From the NCBI GenBank assembly GCA_934096075.1, contig CAKOLN010000001.1, positions 79,242 to 143,241 of the forward strand: DNA of 64,000 nucleotides, written 5' to 3'. This stretch comes from an uncultured Bacilli bacterium. GTDB taxonomy: Bacteria > Bacillota_I > Bacilli_A > RF39 > UBA660. Positions 30,155 through 41,011 of the stretch are shown here, piece after piece (the first letter of the stretch is position 1; each line of letters opens with the position of its first letter). The notes under the pieces are model-generated. The model made no database searches. It was not told the DNA's origin and saw only the letters and a program-made list of their open reading frames with translations. Both the position numbers and the translations under genes were made by a program.

Positions 30155-32107
30155 ATGTTTGAAATAGTTAGTAAGTATAAACCAAGTGGGGATCAACCAA
30201 AGGCAATAGAAGAGTTAGTTTCTGGAATAAAAAATAATAAAAAATATCAAGTATTACTTGGTGCGACAGGTACTGGTAAAACTTTTACAATTGCGAATGT
30301 TATTAAAGAAGTAAATAAACCTACTTTAATTTTAGCACACAATAAAACATTAGCTGGTCAACTATATGGTGAATTAAAAGAATTATTTCCTAATAATAGA
30401 GTTGAATACTTTGTATCATACTATGACTATTATCAACCAGAAGCCTATGTTCCAAGTAAAGATTTATATATAGAAAAAGATGCATCTATAAATGATGAAA
30501 TAGATGAATTAAGACATGCTGCGACTAGTAGTTTACTTAAAAGAGATGATGTAATTGTAGTAGCAAGTGTATCTTGTATATATGGTATAGGTGAAGTAGA
30601 AGAATATAAAAATAAAATGTTAACTTTGGAAGTTGGCGAAATAATAGATAGAGATGAAATATTAGAAAAATTAGTAAGTATGCTTTATGAAAGAAGTACT
30701 ATAGATTTTAAAAGAGGAACATTTAGGGTTAATGGAGATACTATAGAAATAATACCAGCTTATGAAAGAAAAAATGGAATAAGGATTGAACTATTTGGAG
30801 ATGAAATAGAAAGAATTAGTGAATTTGATGTATTAACTGGAGTAATAATAAATGATAAAAAAACTATATCAATATTTCCAGCAAGTCATTTTGTAACAAG
30901 TGATGAAAAATTAAAAGAAGCTATTAAGAGAATAGAAGCTGAGTTAAAAGTTAGACTAGAAGAGTTAGATAAAGAAGGTAAGCTTGTTGAAAAAGAAAGA
31001 CTTAAACAAAGAACTATGTATGATTTGGAAATGCTTAGGGAAACTGGATTTTGTCATGGAATAGAGAATTATTCAAGACATATGGCACTTAGAGAAGAAG
31101 GAGAAACTCCAACAACATTAATTGATTTCTTTCCTAAAGATTTTTTACTTGTTGTAGATGAATCACATGTAACATTACCACAAGTAAGAGGAATGTATAA
31201 TGGTGATAGGATGAGAAAACAAACTTTAGTTGACTATGGATTTAGATTACCTAGTGCTTTGGATAACCGTCCTTTAAAATTTGATGAATTTGAAAGTAAA
31301 ATAAATCAAGCAATATTTGTATCAGCAACACCTGGTGATTATGAGTTAGAATTAGTTAATAATAAATATGTAGAACAAATAATTAGACCTACTGGTTTAC
31401 TTGATCCTATAATTGAAGTAAGAAAAACTAAAGGACAAATAGATGATTTAATAAGTGAAATAAATGAAAGAATAAAAAAAGATGAAAGAGTTTTGGTAAC
31501 AACTTTAACTATAAGAATGGCTGAAGAACTAACTAACTATTTAAAAGAAGTTGGTATTAAAGTAACTTACTTACATAATGAAATTAAAACACTTGAAAGA
31601 ATGAATATTATTAGAAATCTAAGACTTGGTGTAATAGATGTAGTAGTAGGTATAAACTTATTAAGAGAAGGTATTGATATACCTGAGGTAAGTTTAATAT
31701 CTATAATGGATGCTGATAAACAAGGATTTTTAAGAAGTACAAGAAGTTTAATTCAAACAATAGGAAGATGTGCTAGAAATAAAAATGGTAAAGTTATAAT
31801 GTATGCAGATAGTTATAGTGATTCTATGAAAGAAGCAATAGAAGAAACTAAAAGAAGAAGAAGTATACAAGAAAAATATAATTTAGAACATCATATTGTT
31901 CCTGAAACAATTAAAAAAGAAGTTAGAGAACTTATTAGTAATGTTGATAATACAAGTAAAAAGAAAACTGAAAAGATGTCTAAGACTGATAAAAAATTAA
32001 TGATACAAAATATAGAAAAAGAAATGAAAAAGGCTGCGAGTGAATTAGATTTTGAACGCGCGATGGAATTAAGAGATATAATGTTTGAATTGAGTACTGA
32101 AGAGTAG
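30155..32107 (+). CDS. uvrB: Excinuclease ABC subunit B
   Basis: Walker A GATGTGKT, helicase motifs, beta-hairpin region and C-terminal UVR domain. 650 aa. Confidence 0.95.
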   Translation: MFEIVSKYKPSGDQPKAIEELVSGIKNNKKYQVLLGATGTGKTFTIANVIKEVNKPTLILAHNKTLAGQLYGELKELFPNNRVEYFVSYYDYYQPEAYVPSKDLYIEKDASINDEIDELRHAATSSLLKRDDVIVVASVSCIYGIGEVEEYKNKMLTLEVGEIIDRDEILEKLVSMLYERSTIDFKRGTFRVNGDTIEIIPAYERKNGIRIELFGDEIERISEFDVLTGVIINDKKTISIFPASHFVTSDEKLKEAIKRIEAELKVRLEELDKEGKLVEKERLKQRTMYDLEMLRETGFCHGIENYSRHMALREEGETPTTLIDFFPKDFLLVVDESHVTLPQVRGMYNGDRMRKQTLVDYGFRLPSALDNRPLKFDEFESKINQAIFVSATPGDYELELVNNKYVEQIIRPTGLLDPIIEVRKTKGQIDDLISEINERIKKDERVLVTTLTIRMAEELTNYLKEVGIKVTYLHNEIKTLERMNIIRNLRLGVIDVVVGINLLREGIDIPEVSLISIMDADKQGFLRSTRSLIQTIGRCARNKNGKVIMYADSYSDSMKEAIEETKRRRSIQEKYNLEHHIVPETIKKEVRELISNVDNTSKKKTEKMSKTDKKLMIQNIEKEMKKAASELDFERAMELRDIMFELSTEE

Positions 32108-32130
32108 TATAATTATTTTAGGAGGATTTT

Positions 32131-32697
32131 ATGATAGATTTGATTAAAAGAAAAGAAATTAAAGGAATACTAGTATCTATATTGTTACTTGTACTTGGTG
32201 TATTTTTAATACTTAAACCTTTAGAAATTATTGGTACTTTAGTACAAGTTATAGGTGTAATACTTTTGATATGTGGTGTATTTGATTTTGTTAATTATTT
32301 TTCATTAAAAGATGAAGATAAACTAATTGATTATACTTTAATGAAAGGTATTATGGAAATAACTACATCTATATTATTTATATTTAAGTCAGATGTACTT
32401 TCTAGTGTATTTCCTATATTACTTGGATTAATAATTATATTTATTAATATCTTTAAATTAGAACTTGCTTTAAGTTTAAAGTCTATTGATGAGAATAATT
32501 ATTTAATTGGAGTTATAATTTCTACATTATCTATTATACTTGGAGTAGTTATAATATTAAATCCTTTTGATACTTTAGAAGTTGTAGTAATGGCTTCTGG
32601 TATAGTTATTATAATAACTGAATTAAGTAATATTATTTATAGTTTTAAAGTATTGAGATTTATTAGAAAAACTAAAAAGTTAATAGTTAAGGCATAA
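32131..32697 (+). CDS. Multi-pass membrane protein (DUF308/HdeD-like)
   Basis: 188 aa with six hydrophobic segments showing repeated small-residue motifs. Confidence 0.4.
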   Translation: MIDLIKRKEIKGILVSILLLVLGVFLILKPLEIIGTLVQVIGVILLICGVFDFVNYFSLKDEDKLIDYTLMKGIMEITTSILFIFKSDVLSSVFPILLGLIIIFINIFKLELALSLKSIDENNYLIGVIISTLSIILGVVIILNPFDTLEVVVMASGIVIIITELSNIIYSFKVLRFIRKTKKLIVKA

Positions 32698-32793
32698 TTA
32701 ACATACAATAGCATAATATTGGTACTAAATATAGTACCTTTATTTTTATATTAATTTGTGATATAATGGTATTCGTGTGTTAGGAAGGCTAAT

Positions 32794-33339
32794 ATGACAA
32801 AGAAAAATAAAATTAAATATAATGATATAGTTAAAGATATAATAAATAATGAAGTGTTTTTACTTACTAAGAATGATATACATCATGGTTCAAATAAATA
32901 TGATCATTTAATAAGAGTATCTAAATTAAGTTATACTCTAGCCAGTTTATTAAAACTTGATGTAGTAAGTACTACAAGAGGAGCAATATTACATGATTTC
33001 TTTTTAGGTACAAGAAAATCTAAAGAAGAAAATTCTTATTTAAATCATCCAAAAACTGCGGTAAAAAATGCTAAAAAGTATTTTAATATTAATGAAATGG
33101 AAGAAGATATAATAAGAACTCATATGTTTCATCATGTTTTGGCTAAAAAAATATGTCCTTTAATTAATATTAAAGAACATGCTAAGATAAGTGAGAATAA
33201 GCCTAATTATAAAGAATCATGGGTTGTTTCAATAAGTGATATGTTAGTATCTTTTGTTGAGTCTTTTAGATTTGAACCATCATATATTGTAAATATGAGT
33301 TTATTAATTATTATGAGTGAATTCACAATAAAGTGGTAA
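32794..33339 (+). CDS. HD-domain phosphohydrolase family protein
   Basis: HH...D motif (IHHGSNKYDHLIRVS ... AILHDFF) characteristic of the HD superfamily. Confidence 0.55.
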   Translation: MTKKNKIKYNDIVKDIINNEVFLLTKNDIHHGSNKYDHLIRVSKLSYTLASLLKLDVVSTTRGAILHDFFLGTRKSKEENSYLNHPKTAVKNAKKYFNINEMEEDIIRTHMFHHVLAKKICPLINIKEHAKISENKPNYKESWVVSISDMLVSFVESFRFEPSYIVNMSLLIIMSEFTIKW

Positions 33340-33461
33340 AAAATATTCATACAGAAATGTATGATTTTTAAATATAAAAATGTTTGTTTTTAATGACAGT
33401 GGTTTTAATAATTATTGCCATAAAAATAGACACTATCAAATGAACTGAAAAACAATCAGGT

Positions 33462-33492
33462 GAACATTCAGAATTGAATGTTCCACTTTTTA
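33462..33492 (+). terminator. Rho-independent terminator
   Basis: GAACATTCA-gaat-TGAATGTTC with flanking GC pairs, then TTTTT. Confidence 0.6.
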
Positions 33493-33637
33493 TTATATGA
33501 AGATTTCTCTTCTAGATAAGTAATAATATAAATTTTAAAAAAAGTCAAAAAACACTTGTATATAAATATTAAAGTATTATATAATACAAATATAAAGCAA
33601 AAAGAAGAATAGTAATTAAATTAATTATATATAGAGA

Positions 33638-33788
33638 ACTAGTGGTTGGTGTAAACTAGTAATAATATTTAATGAATCTACTTCTTAGTGAAGTTAATAG
33701 CTTCCGGGAAAACCCGTTATAGAATTAAGTTAAAAATAGGATGGCACCGTCATTTAAAGACTCCTTTAAATATGGTGCTTTTTTTGTT
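33638..33788 (+). promoter_or_regulatory. T-box leader (probable Ser specifier UCU) upstream of serS
   Basis: GGTTGGTG 5' element, GAATCTA in the specifier region, and T-box-like AATTAAGTTAAAAATAGGATGGCACCGTC. A GCACC...GGTGC hairpin plus TTTTTTT overlaps the T-box as a terminator/antiterminator alternative. Confidence 0.6.
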
Positions 33789-33801
33789 AGAAAGGATAAA
33801 T

Positions 33802-34032
33802 ATGAGAAAGGAAACAATAGAAGTTGGAAGTAAATGGAAACATTTTAAAGGATTTATACTTGAAGTAAAATTAATTGCTAAACATACTGAAACTTTAGAA
33901 GATATGGTAATATATGAACACTCGGGTGAGTTATGGGCAAGACCTATTAGTATATTTTTAAGTGATGAAGATATAAGCAATAGAAGTGATAATATAACAA
34001 AACAAAAATATAGATTTGAAAGGATAGATTAA
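33802..34032 (+). CDS. DUF1653-family small protein
   Basis: W-KHFKG-ILEV...AKHTETLEDMVIYEH-GELWARPISIF matches the DUF1653 signature. ATG at 33802 follows an AAAGGA RBS. The longer ORF-track version (33688) would run through the T-box terminator. Confidence 0.6.
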   Translation: MRKETIEVGSKWKHFKGFILEVKLIAKHTETLEDMVIYEHSGELWARPISIFLSDEDISNRSDNITKQKYRFERID

Positions 34033-34033
34033 G

Positions 34034-35308
34034 ATGATAGATATTAATTTAATAAGAGAAAATAAAGATATAGTAAAAGAAAATATAAAGAAAAAATTTC
34101 AAGATGTTAAATTGCCTTTAGTAGATGAAGTATATAATTTAGATATAGAGTATAGAAATACTAAAGTTGAAGCTGACAATCTAAGAGGAGAAAAAAATAA
34201 ACTTAGTGGACAAATAGGTTTACTTATGAGAGAAGGTAAAAAAGAAGAAGCTGAAACTATTAAAAATCAAGTAAGTGAAATGAATGATAAAATAAAAGAG
34301 TTAGAAGAAAAAGAAGAATCTTTAGAACCTAAAATTAGAGAAATAATGTATAAAATTCCTAATATAATTGATAAAAGTGTACCAATTGGAAAAGATGATA
34401 CAGAGAATGTAGAAATAGAAAAATTTGGTGATCCTGTAGTGCCTTCATATGAAATACCATATCATGCAGATATAATTGAAAGTAAAATGGGACTTGATAA
34501 AACGAGTGCTGGTAGAACTAGTGGTAATGGTTTTTATTACTTAATGGGTGATATAGCAAGACTTCATTCTGCGATGTTAAGTTATGCAAGAGATTTTATG
34601 ATAAATAAAGGGTTTACTTATTGTATACCACCATTTATGATAAGAAGTGATGTTGTTAATGGTGTAATGAGTTTTCAAGAAATGAATGATATGATGTATA
34701 AAATAGAAAATGAAGACTTGTATTTGATTGGAACTAGTGAACATTCAATGATAGGTAAATTTAAAGGACAAATAATTGATGAAAAGGAATTACCTTTGAC
34801 TTTAACAAGTTATAGTCCTTGCTTTAGAAAAGAAGTAGGAGCACATGGAATAGAAGAAAGAGGTTTATATAGATTACATCAATTTGAAAAACAAGAGATG
34901 GTAGTGCTATGTAAAAATGAAGATGGTATGGATTGGTATAATAAAATGTGGAGTTATACAGTAGAATTTTTTAGAAGTTTAAATATACCTGTTAGAACTA
35001 TTGAATGTTGTAGTGGTGATCTTGCTGACTTGAAAGAAAAATCATGTGATGTGGAAGCATGGAGTCCAAGACAACAAAAATATTTTGAAGTTGGTAGCTG
35101 TTCAATATTAGGTACAGCACAGGCAAGAAGGTTAGCAATTAGAAGTAAGGGAGAAAGTGGTACTAAGTTCGTTACTACTTTAAATAATACTGTATTAGCA
35201 AGTCCTAGAGGCTTAATTGCATTTGTTGAAAATAACTATAATGAAGATGGAAGTATAACTATTCCAGAAGCTTTAAAACCTTATATGGGTGGAAAAAATA
35301 GGATATAG
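34034..35308 (+). CDS. serS: Serine--tRNA ligase
   Basis: N-terminal coiled-coil arm plus class II motifs (GTSEHSM, FRKEVGAHG, RLHQFEK-E). 424 aa. Confidence 0.95.
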   Translation: MIDINLIRENKDIVKENIKKKFQDVKLPLVDEVYNLDIEYRNTKVEADNLRGEKNKLSGQIGLLMREGKKEEAETIKNQVSEMNDKIKELEEKEESLEPKIREIMYKIPNIIDKSVPIGKDDTENVEIEKFGDPVVPSYEIPYHADIIESKMGLDKTSAGRTSGNGFYYLMGDIARLHSAMLSYARDFMINKGFTYCIPPFMIRSDVVNGVMSFQEMNDMMYKIENEDLYLIGTSEHSMIGKFKGQIIDEKELPLTLTSYSPCFRKEVGAHGIEERGLYRLHQFEKQEMVVLCKNEDGMDWYNKMWSYTVEFFRSLNIPVRTIECCSGDLADLKEKSCDVEAWSPRQQKYFEVGSCSILGTAQARRLAIRSKGESGTKFVTTLNNTVLASPRGLIAFVENNYNEDGSITIPEALKPYMGGKNRI

Positions 35309-35365
35309 TTGTAAAAATGTTATGATTAATAAATCACTTACATATAATTATGTAGGTGATTTATT

Positions 35366-36190
35366 TTGAAAAAATTCTTTGAATATATTGGTTTAATTGC
35401 TTTTACTTTATTTAGTTTTTATTATACTGATAAAGTTACTAAAGTGATGAATAATAAAGATCCGTTGATGATAAGTATAAAAGAATATAGAGATAAAACA
35501 AAAGAAACATGTAAAGAAGGATATTATACAACTGATGGTGTTGTATTAGGTGTAAGTGGTAAAGTTGTGAGTGTAAATGAATCTTATTCAAATATGGTAA
35601 CAAATGGTTTTGATTTAGAATCAATGGTATATGAAGAAATAACTTGTAAAGTAAATAAAGAATCTACTTTGGATAATTTTATAATAAAAGGAAATGAAAC
35701 GAAGAATTCAGTTAGTTTATTTATTAATATAAAAAGTTTAGATTTAATTGAATCATTAATAAATGTTAGTAATAATCAAAATGTTAAATTAAATTTATTA
35801 ATAGATGGTAAAACTTTAGAAAAAAATAAAAAATTATTAAAAGAGTTTTATAATGAAAATTATGATATAGTATATAATGGAAGTAATAAAGAAGATTTGA
35901 AACTTTATATTAAAACTATTAAATCATTTAATAAAACTGATAGAATGTTTTGTATGAGTTATAATAATATAGATAATAAAAATATATGTAGTGAGGAAAA
36001 AATAAATACTTTAAAAACTGAATATATATATGATAAAAATGTATTTAGTAATACTAAAAATAATTTAGAGAAAGGTGGATTTTATATATATAATGAAAAT
36101 AATTTAACATTAAAAGAGTTAAATACTATTATAAATTATATAAAGGGAAAAAATATAAATGTAATTAATGTGACAGAAATGATAAAATAA
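35366..36190 (+). CDS. Hypothetical membrane-anchored protein
   Basis: 274-aa ORF with an N-terminal TM (YIGLIAFTLFSFYY). TTG start with a TAGGTGA RBS. Confidence 0.4.
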   Translation: MKKFFEYIGLIAFTLFSFYYTDKVTKVMNNKDPLMISIKEYRDKTKETCKEGYYTTDGVVLGVSGKVVSVNESYSNMVTNGFDLESMVYEEITCKVNKESTLDNFIIKGNETKNSVSLFINIKSLDLIESLINVSNNQNVKLNLLIDGKTLEKNKKLLKEFYNENYDIVYNGSNKEDLKLYIKTIKSFNKTDRMFCMSYNNIDNKNICSEEKINTLKTEYIYDKNVFSNTKNNLEKGGFYIYNENNLTLKELNTIINYIKGKNINVINVTEMIK

Positions 36191-36234
36191 TTATAAAAAT
36201 GTATAAAATAAATTACAAAAATAGTCGAAAAGTG

Positions 36235-36263
36235 TTGACTATTTCTTTATTTTGTTGTATAAT
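36235..36263 (+). promoter_or_regulatory. Sigma-A-type promoter
   Basis: TTGACT, 17-nt spacer, extended -10 TGTATAAT, 33 nt upstream of the 36296 start. Confidence 0.55.
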
Positions 36264-36295
36264 CGTAGCATGAAATTCACAGAGGGGGTATTTAT

Positions 36296-37765
36296 ATGAA
36301 TAGTAGTGAATTAATAAAGAAACTCGTTGAGATATCTAAGGAAAGACAAACTAGGATAAATGAATTGAAAGGAGAATATGCTGAACTTACTGATATTGAA
36401 AGAAATCAAACATCAAAAGATTTAAGAAGAATTAAAGAAATCAGAAGTGAATTAGCAAGACTTAGTAATAAGGAACTTGAAGAAGATTTATCTTATTTAA
36501 AATCTTTAAATAATAAATTAAAGAATTTTAAAAGAGGTTTGAATGAAACCAAAGATGATAAACTAAAAAAAGAATTATTAGAAGAAAAGGTTAATGAATT
36601 AGAAAATGAATTAATGGACTTTGTTAGCGGATTAGAAGAAAAGTATGCTGACTTAATTAAAGCATATGATGAAAAAGTACGTATTGCTAAAGAAAAAGAA
36701 GAAGCAGAAAAGAAAGCTGAAGAAAAGCCTGAAGAAGTAAAAGAAGAAAATAAAACTAAAAAGAAAATCAATAAAGGTGCTTTGACTTTAGCTATATTAG
36801 CTGCTTTAGGTGTAGGTACTGTTGGATATGCTGCTGGTAAAGGAAGCATAAAAAATGCAAAAAATTCGGTTTCAACTTCAATAACTGATATTAAAAATGA
36901 TACAAATAAAGAGATTGAAAATCCAGAAACAAAAGTAGAAACTGAAAATTCAATTAAAGATATAGAAAGTAGAATTACTTTTGAAAAAGCTGAAGAAGAA
37001 AATTATACATTTACTGATGTAGATGATGAAGAACAAGTTGCTGAAAGAGCTTATGAAATAATAGATTCATTTGATAAGATTTCACCGGTACAAAACATAA
37101 AGCTTGATGATGTAATGGACTTCTTAAGATATATTAATGGTGGAGTTGTTAATGAAGTAAGTCGTGAGGCTGCATTAAATGTTATTAGTCAAATAGAAGT
37201 TTTAATGAACAATGAAATGAATTATGGTGTTGATGTTGCTTTAAAAGGTAATAGCGAAAGACCAAAACAAGATTTAAGAGTAGATTATAGTAAATTCTTT
37301 ATAGATGGAACACAAGCTAGTAAATTGGCAAGTAAAATTACAACATTAAGAACTGATATGTTAGATAATCCAACTAACAAAGATAAACAAAGTGAAGAAT
37401 TTACAAAATTATTATTGAATTCATGGTATTTAAATGGTAATGAAGAAATTAATGCTAATGCTCTTGAAACTTCAGGTAGTGCTGCATTAATAGATAAATT
37501 ATTCTTAAATACTGCAATGATAGCTCAAGCTAACCCAGATGAAAACTATGAAATATCAGTTAATATGGGTGTGGTTGATGAAGAAATAACATTAACACAA
37601 ATAATAGATGAAATTAATAAACCAATTTGTCCTACTATGGTAACTGCTGATAATGGAGAAACATTTGAAACATTAATGAATAAATTTAGTAGTGATATGG
37701 AAGGTATGGTTAAAGAAGCTTATTATAATAAAGAAAATAGTAATGGCTTAACATTACATAAATAG
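36296..37765 (+). CDS. Coiled-coil membrane protein, hypothetical
   Basis: N-terminal ~160 aa is E/K-rich with heptad periodicity. A single TM (ALTLAILAALGVGTVGYAAG) precedes a ~300-aa C-terminal domain. Confidence 0.5.
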   Translation: MNSSELIKKLVEISKERQTRINELKGEYAELTDIERNQTSKDLRRIKEIRSELARLSNKELEEDLSYLKSLNNKLKNFKRGLNETKDDKLKKELLEEKVNELENELMDFVSGLEEKYADLIKAYDEKVRIAKEKEEAEKKAEEKPEEVKEENKTKKKINKGALTLAILAALGVGTVGYAAGKGSIKNAKNSVSTSITDIKNDTNKEIENPETKVETENSIKDIESRITFEKAEEENYTFTDVDDEEQVAERAYEIIDSFDKISPVQNIKLDDVMDFLRYINGGVVNEVSREAALNVISQIEVLMNNEMNYGVDVALKGNSERPKQDLRVDYSKFFIDGTQASKLASKITTLRTDMLDNPTNKDKQSEEFTKLLLNSWYLNGNEEINANALETSGSAALIDKLFLNTAMIAQANPDENYEISVNMGVVDEEITLTQIIDEINKPICPTMVTADNGETFETLMNKFSSDMEGMVKEAYYNKENSNGLTLHK

Positions 37766-37782
37766 TTTAGGGGGAATTAAAT

Positions 37783-39639
37783 ATGTATAACACAGAAAAA
37801 AATCCAGGTTTTAATATTAAAGATGTAATAATTAAAGCAATATTCTTGGTATTATTTATATTATTATTAGTATGGTTATTTCCAAAAGTTCCTAATATGA
37901 AACCTTTTTATAGCAACGTATTTAGAGAAAATATAAAATATATGCAAGATGCTGCTGAAAGTTATTATACAACTGATAAATTGCCTAAAAATGTAGGTGA
38001 TACAGCTGAAATGACTTTACAAGATATGATTGATAAGAATTTAATCTTACCTTTTGTAGATGAAGATGGTAATTCTTGTGATACTAAAAAATCATATGTT
38101 GAAGTTAAAAAGAATAAAAACGATTATACTTTGAAAGTTAATCTAGTTTGTCCTAATGAAGAAAATTATGTTGAAAAAACTTTAGGATGTTATCAATATT
38201 GTGAAGATGGTAATTGTCAAAATAGTGATACAAAAAATAATGAAGAAAAACCATTAACAGCAATTGAATATCAATTTAAACAAACTGGTAGTAAAGATGT
38301 AAGTTATTATACTTGTCCAGATGGTGGTACTTTAACTAATGGTATTTGTAATATTTATACAACAGATACTTATAAAGCTACGGTAATTACTACTAAAGGT
38401 GAAGAATATTGTAAAGATGGTGGTGAACTTAAAAACGGAAGATGTTATAAAGTTGAAACTACTAAATATAAAGCATCAGTTAGAGAAGGTGTATATTATT
38501 GTCCAGATGGTGGAAGATTAAATGGTGATACTTGTTATGTTGATAGAAGTTCAAGTTATGATGCAACAGAAGTATTAAGTTGTCCAAATGGAGGAAGTCT
38601 TCAAGGAACTAAATGTATTGTTGAACATACATCAAGTGGTTCAAGTTATGATGCTTCAGTTAGATATACTTGTCCAAATGGAGGATCATTAAGTGGTACA
38701 AGATGTATTACTAAATCTGGAACAAGTGGTTCAAGTTATGGTGCTTCAGTTAGATATACTTGTCCAAATGGAGGATCATTAAGTGGTACAAAATGTATTA
38801 CTAAAGCTGGAACAAGTGGTTCAAGTTATCCTGCTACTAAAACTACTAGTAGAGTAGAAAGCAGAACACCATTAAGTGGAAGTGATTTAACATCTGCTGG
38901 AACTGATACTGTGTATATTTGTACATCAAGTTCAAATTGTCCAGGATATGTAACAATTTATTACTATATTAGAACAGGTTATACTTGTCCAAATGGAGGA
39001 TCATTAAGTGGTACAACTTGTAAAGTTTCTGGAACTCCAGAGCAAAGTTATGGTGCAACACCAAGTTATTATTGTCCAAATGGAGGAACAATAAGTGGTT
39101 CAACTTGTAGAGTTTCTGGAACTTCAGAAGAAAGTTATAGTGCAACACCAAATTATTATTGTCCAAATGGAGGAACAATAAGTGGTTCAACTTGTCGTAT
39201 AAGTGGCTCATCTAGTTCATCTAGTTATGATGCATCAAGGACATTAAGTTGTCCGAATGGAGGAAAACTTCAAGGAACTAAATGTGTAATTTCTGGCTCA
39301 TATACTTATAAAGCTACAAAGTCTAATGGTGAAAAATATTGTCCAAATGGAGGAAATTTATCAGGTGATTACTGCGTAGCAACAAAAACAACAGATTATA
39401 AAGCTAATGTAACTGATGGTAAAACAACTAAAACTTGTCCAAATGGAGGAAGTCTTAAAGATGATGGATTATGTTATGTAAATAAACTTTCTAAATCTTA
39501 TAAAGCTACTTTAAATACAAGAAAACAATATTATACAAATTATAAATGGAGTAGAGAAGAATCTTTACCAGGATGGGTAAGAACAGGAGAAACTAGACAA
39601 GTTACAATTGGTTCTACAAGTTCTAATAAACAAAAATAG
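37783..39639 (+). CDS. Cys-rich CPNGG-repeat surface protein, hypothetical
   Basis: N-terminal TM, then at least 14 repeats of Y-x-CP(N/D)GG-x-L-x-G-x-C at about a 30-aa period. It includes two tandem 90-bp near-identical DNA units at 38635-38814. Confidence 0.55.
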   Translation: MYNTEKNPGFNIKDVIIKAIFLVLFILLLVWLFPKVPNMKPFYSNVFRENIKYMQDAAESYYTTDKLPKNVGDTAEMTLQDMIDKNLILPFVDEDGNSCDTKKSYVEVKKNKNDYTLKVNLVCPNEENYVEKTLGCYQYCEDGNCQNSDTKNNEEKPLTAIEYQFKQTGSKDVSYYTCPDGGTLTNGICNIYTTDTYKATVITTKGEEYCKDGGELKNGRCYKVETTKYKASVREGVYYCPDGGRLNGDTCYVDRSSSYDATEVLSCPNGGSLQGTKCIVEHTSSGSSYDASVRYTCPNGGSLSGTRCITKSGTSGSSYGASVRYTCPNGGSLSGTKCITKAGTSGSSYPATKTTSRVESRTPLSGSDLTSAGTDTVYICTSSSNCPGYVTIYYYIRTGYTCPNGGSLSGTTCKVSGTPEQSYGATPSYYCPNGGTISGSTCRVSGTSEESYSATPNYYCPNGGTISGSTCRISGSSSSSSYDASRTLSCPNGGKLQGTKCVISGSYTYKATKSNGEKYCPNGGNLSGDYCVATKTTDYKANVTDGKTTKTCPNGGSLKDDGLCYVNKLSKSYKATLNTRKQYYTNYKWSREESLPGWVRTGETRQVTIGSTSSNKQK

Positions 39640-39744
39640 ATTATGAATATCATAATCTATTTTATTATGTATGCTAAAAAGATTATAAATGGTTTATGAT
39701 ATAAGGTTTATAAAAAATATTTAGAAATTCAATCTAAATATTTT

Positions 39745-40941
39745 TTATTCATTTTTTATCTTTTTATTAAATTCGTACATTGACATTTCATATTTATTAT
39801 CACCAGGATAATAGTATTTACTATTTTTAATATTATCTGGAAGATATTGCTGTTTAACCCAGTGGTTTTTATAATTGTGTGGATATTTATACAAATTCTC
39901 ATTATATGTTCTTATGTGTTTAGGGACTCTACCAACATTGCCTTTCTTTAAGTCATTAATTGCAGCTGTATAGGTTTGTTCAATAGTGTTACTTTTAGGA
40001 CTAAGGGCCATATCGATAACCGCTTGTGTTAATGGCTTATATAATTCTGGTAATCCAATTCTTTCAGCTGCTTCAATTGCCGTTAAAACCTTAATGGGCA
40101 TATTAGGATTAGCAAGTCCTATGTCTTCATATGCAATAACAAGCATTCTTCTATAAATAATATCAAAATCTCCAGCTTCAATTAATCTCATCAGATAGTG
40201 AATCGCTGCATCTACATCGCTACCTCTAATACTTTTTTGAAATGCACTAATAACATCATAGTATCCATCTTCGTTTTTATCATGAAAGAAATTAACATTA
40301 TTATTTATTGTTTTAATATCTTCAATAGTAAATTCTTTTCCAAAGCCGTTATAGCAGAATTCAATTAAGTTATAAGCATATCTCAAATCTCCGTTGCTTT
40401 GTTTTGAAATGTATTTTTTTACATCATCACTTAGATTAATATCCGGATATACTTCTTTAACTCTATCTAATGTATTGAAAATGTCATTTTCATTTATTTC
40501 TTTTAAAAGAACCATTTGACATCTACTTCTAATTGCTGGATTAATAGAATGAAATGGGTTACTATTAGTTAATCCTATTAGAATAACTTTGCCACTTTCT
40601 ATGTAAGATAATAATAAATCTTGTTTGTCCTTATTCATTCTATGTATTTCGTCTACAATTAAAACTAGATCATCATACATTTTTGATTCTTCAAAAACTA
40701 TTTCAAAATCTTTTTTACTATTTATTGTTGCATTTAGCATTCTATAATGAACATCAAACTCATTCATTAATGCAAGGGCTATGGTTGTTTTTCCACATCC
40801 ACTATTACCATAAAATATCATATTAAAAAGTCTCTTATTTTTTACTAAGTTGCTTAATAGCTTTCCTTCTCCAATAAGATCAGTTTGTCCAACAACTTCA
40901 TCTAATTTTTTTGGTCTTAATTTTTCTGTTAAAGGTTCCAT
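39745..40941 (-). CDS. rarA: Replication-associated recombination protein A (AAA+ ATPase)
   Basis: LRPKKLDEVVGQ N-terminus, Walker A GNSGCGKTT, Walker B LVIVDEIHR and a C-terminal MgsA-like domain. Confidence 0.75.
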   Translation of the reverse strand: MEPLTEKLRPKKLDEVVGQTDLIGEGKLLSNLVKNKRLFNMIFYGNSGCGKTTIALALMNEFDVHYRMLNATINSKKDFEIVFEESKMYDDLVLIVDEIHRMNKDKQDLLLSYIESGKVILIGLTNSNPFHSINPAIRSRCQMVLLKEINENDIFNTLDRVKEVYPDINLSDDVKKYISKQSNGDLRYAYNLIEFCYNGFGKEFTIEDIKTINNNVNFFHDKNEDGYYDVISAFQKSIRGSDVDAAIHYLMRLIEAGDFDIIYRRMLVIAYEDIGLANPNMPIKVLTAIEAAERIGLPELYKPLTQAVIDMALSPKSNTIEQTYTAAINDLKKGNVGRVPKHIRTYNENLYKYPHNYKNHWVKQQYLPDNIKNSKYYYPGDNKYEMSMYEFNKKIKNE

Positions 40942-41011
40942 AATAACACCTCGATTAGTATTTTATCATAATAATTGACTTTAAACCATATATAAGTTAC
41001 AATAATCATCA

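Noticed and set aside
33688-34032. 114-aa version of the ORF upstream of serS
   Set aside because: Its first ~38 codons run through the T-box antiterminator/terminator hairpin and U-tract. The conserved DUF1653 core begins at the internal ATG at 33802, which has its own RBS.
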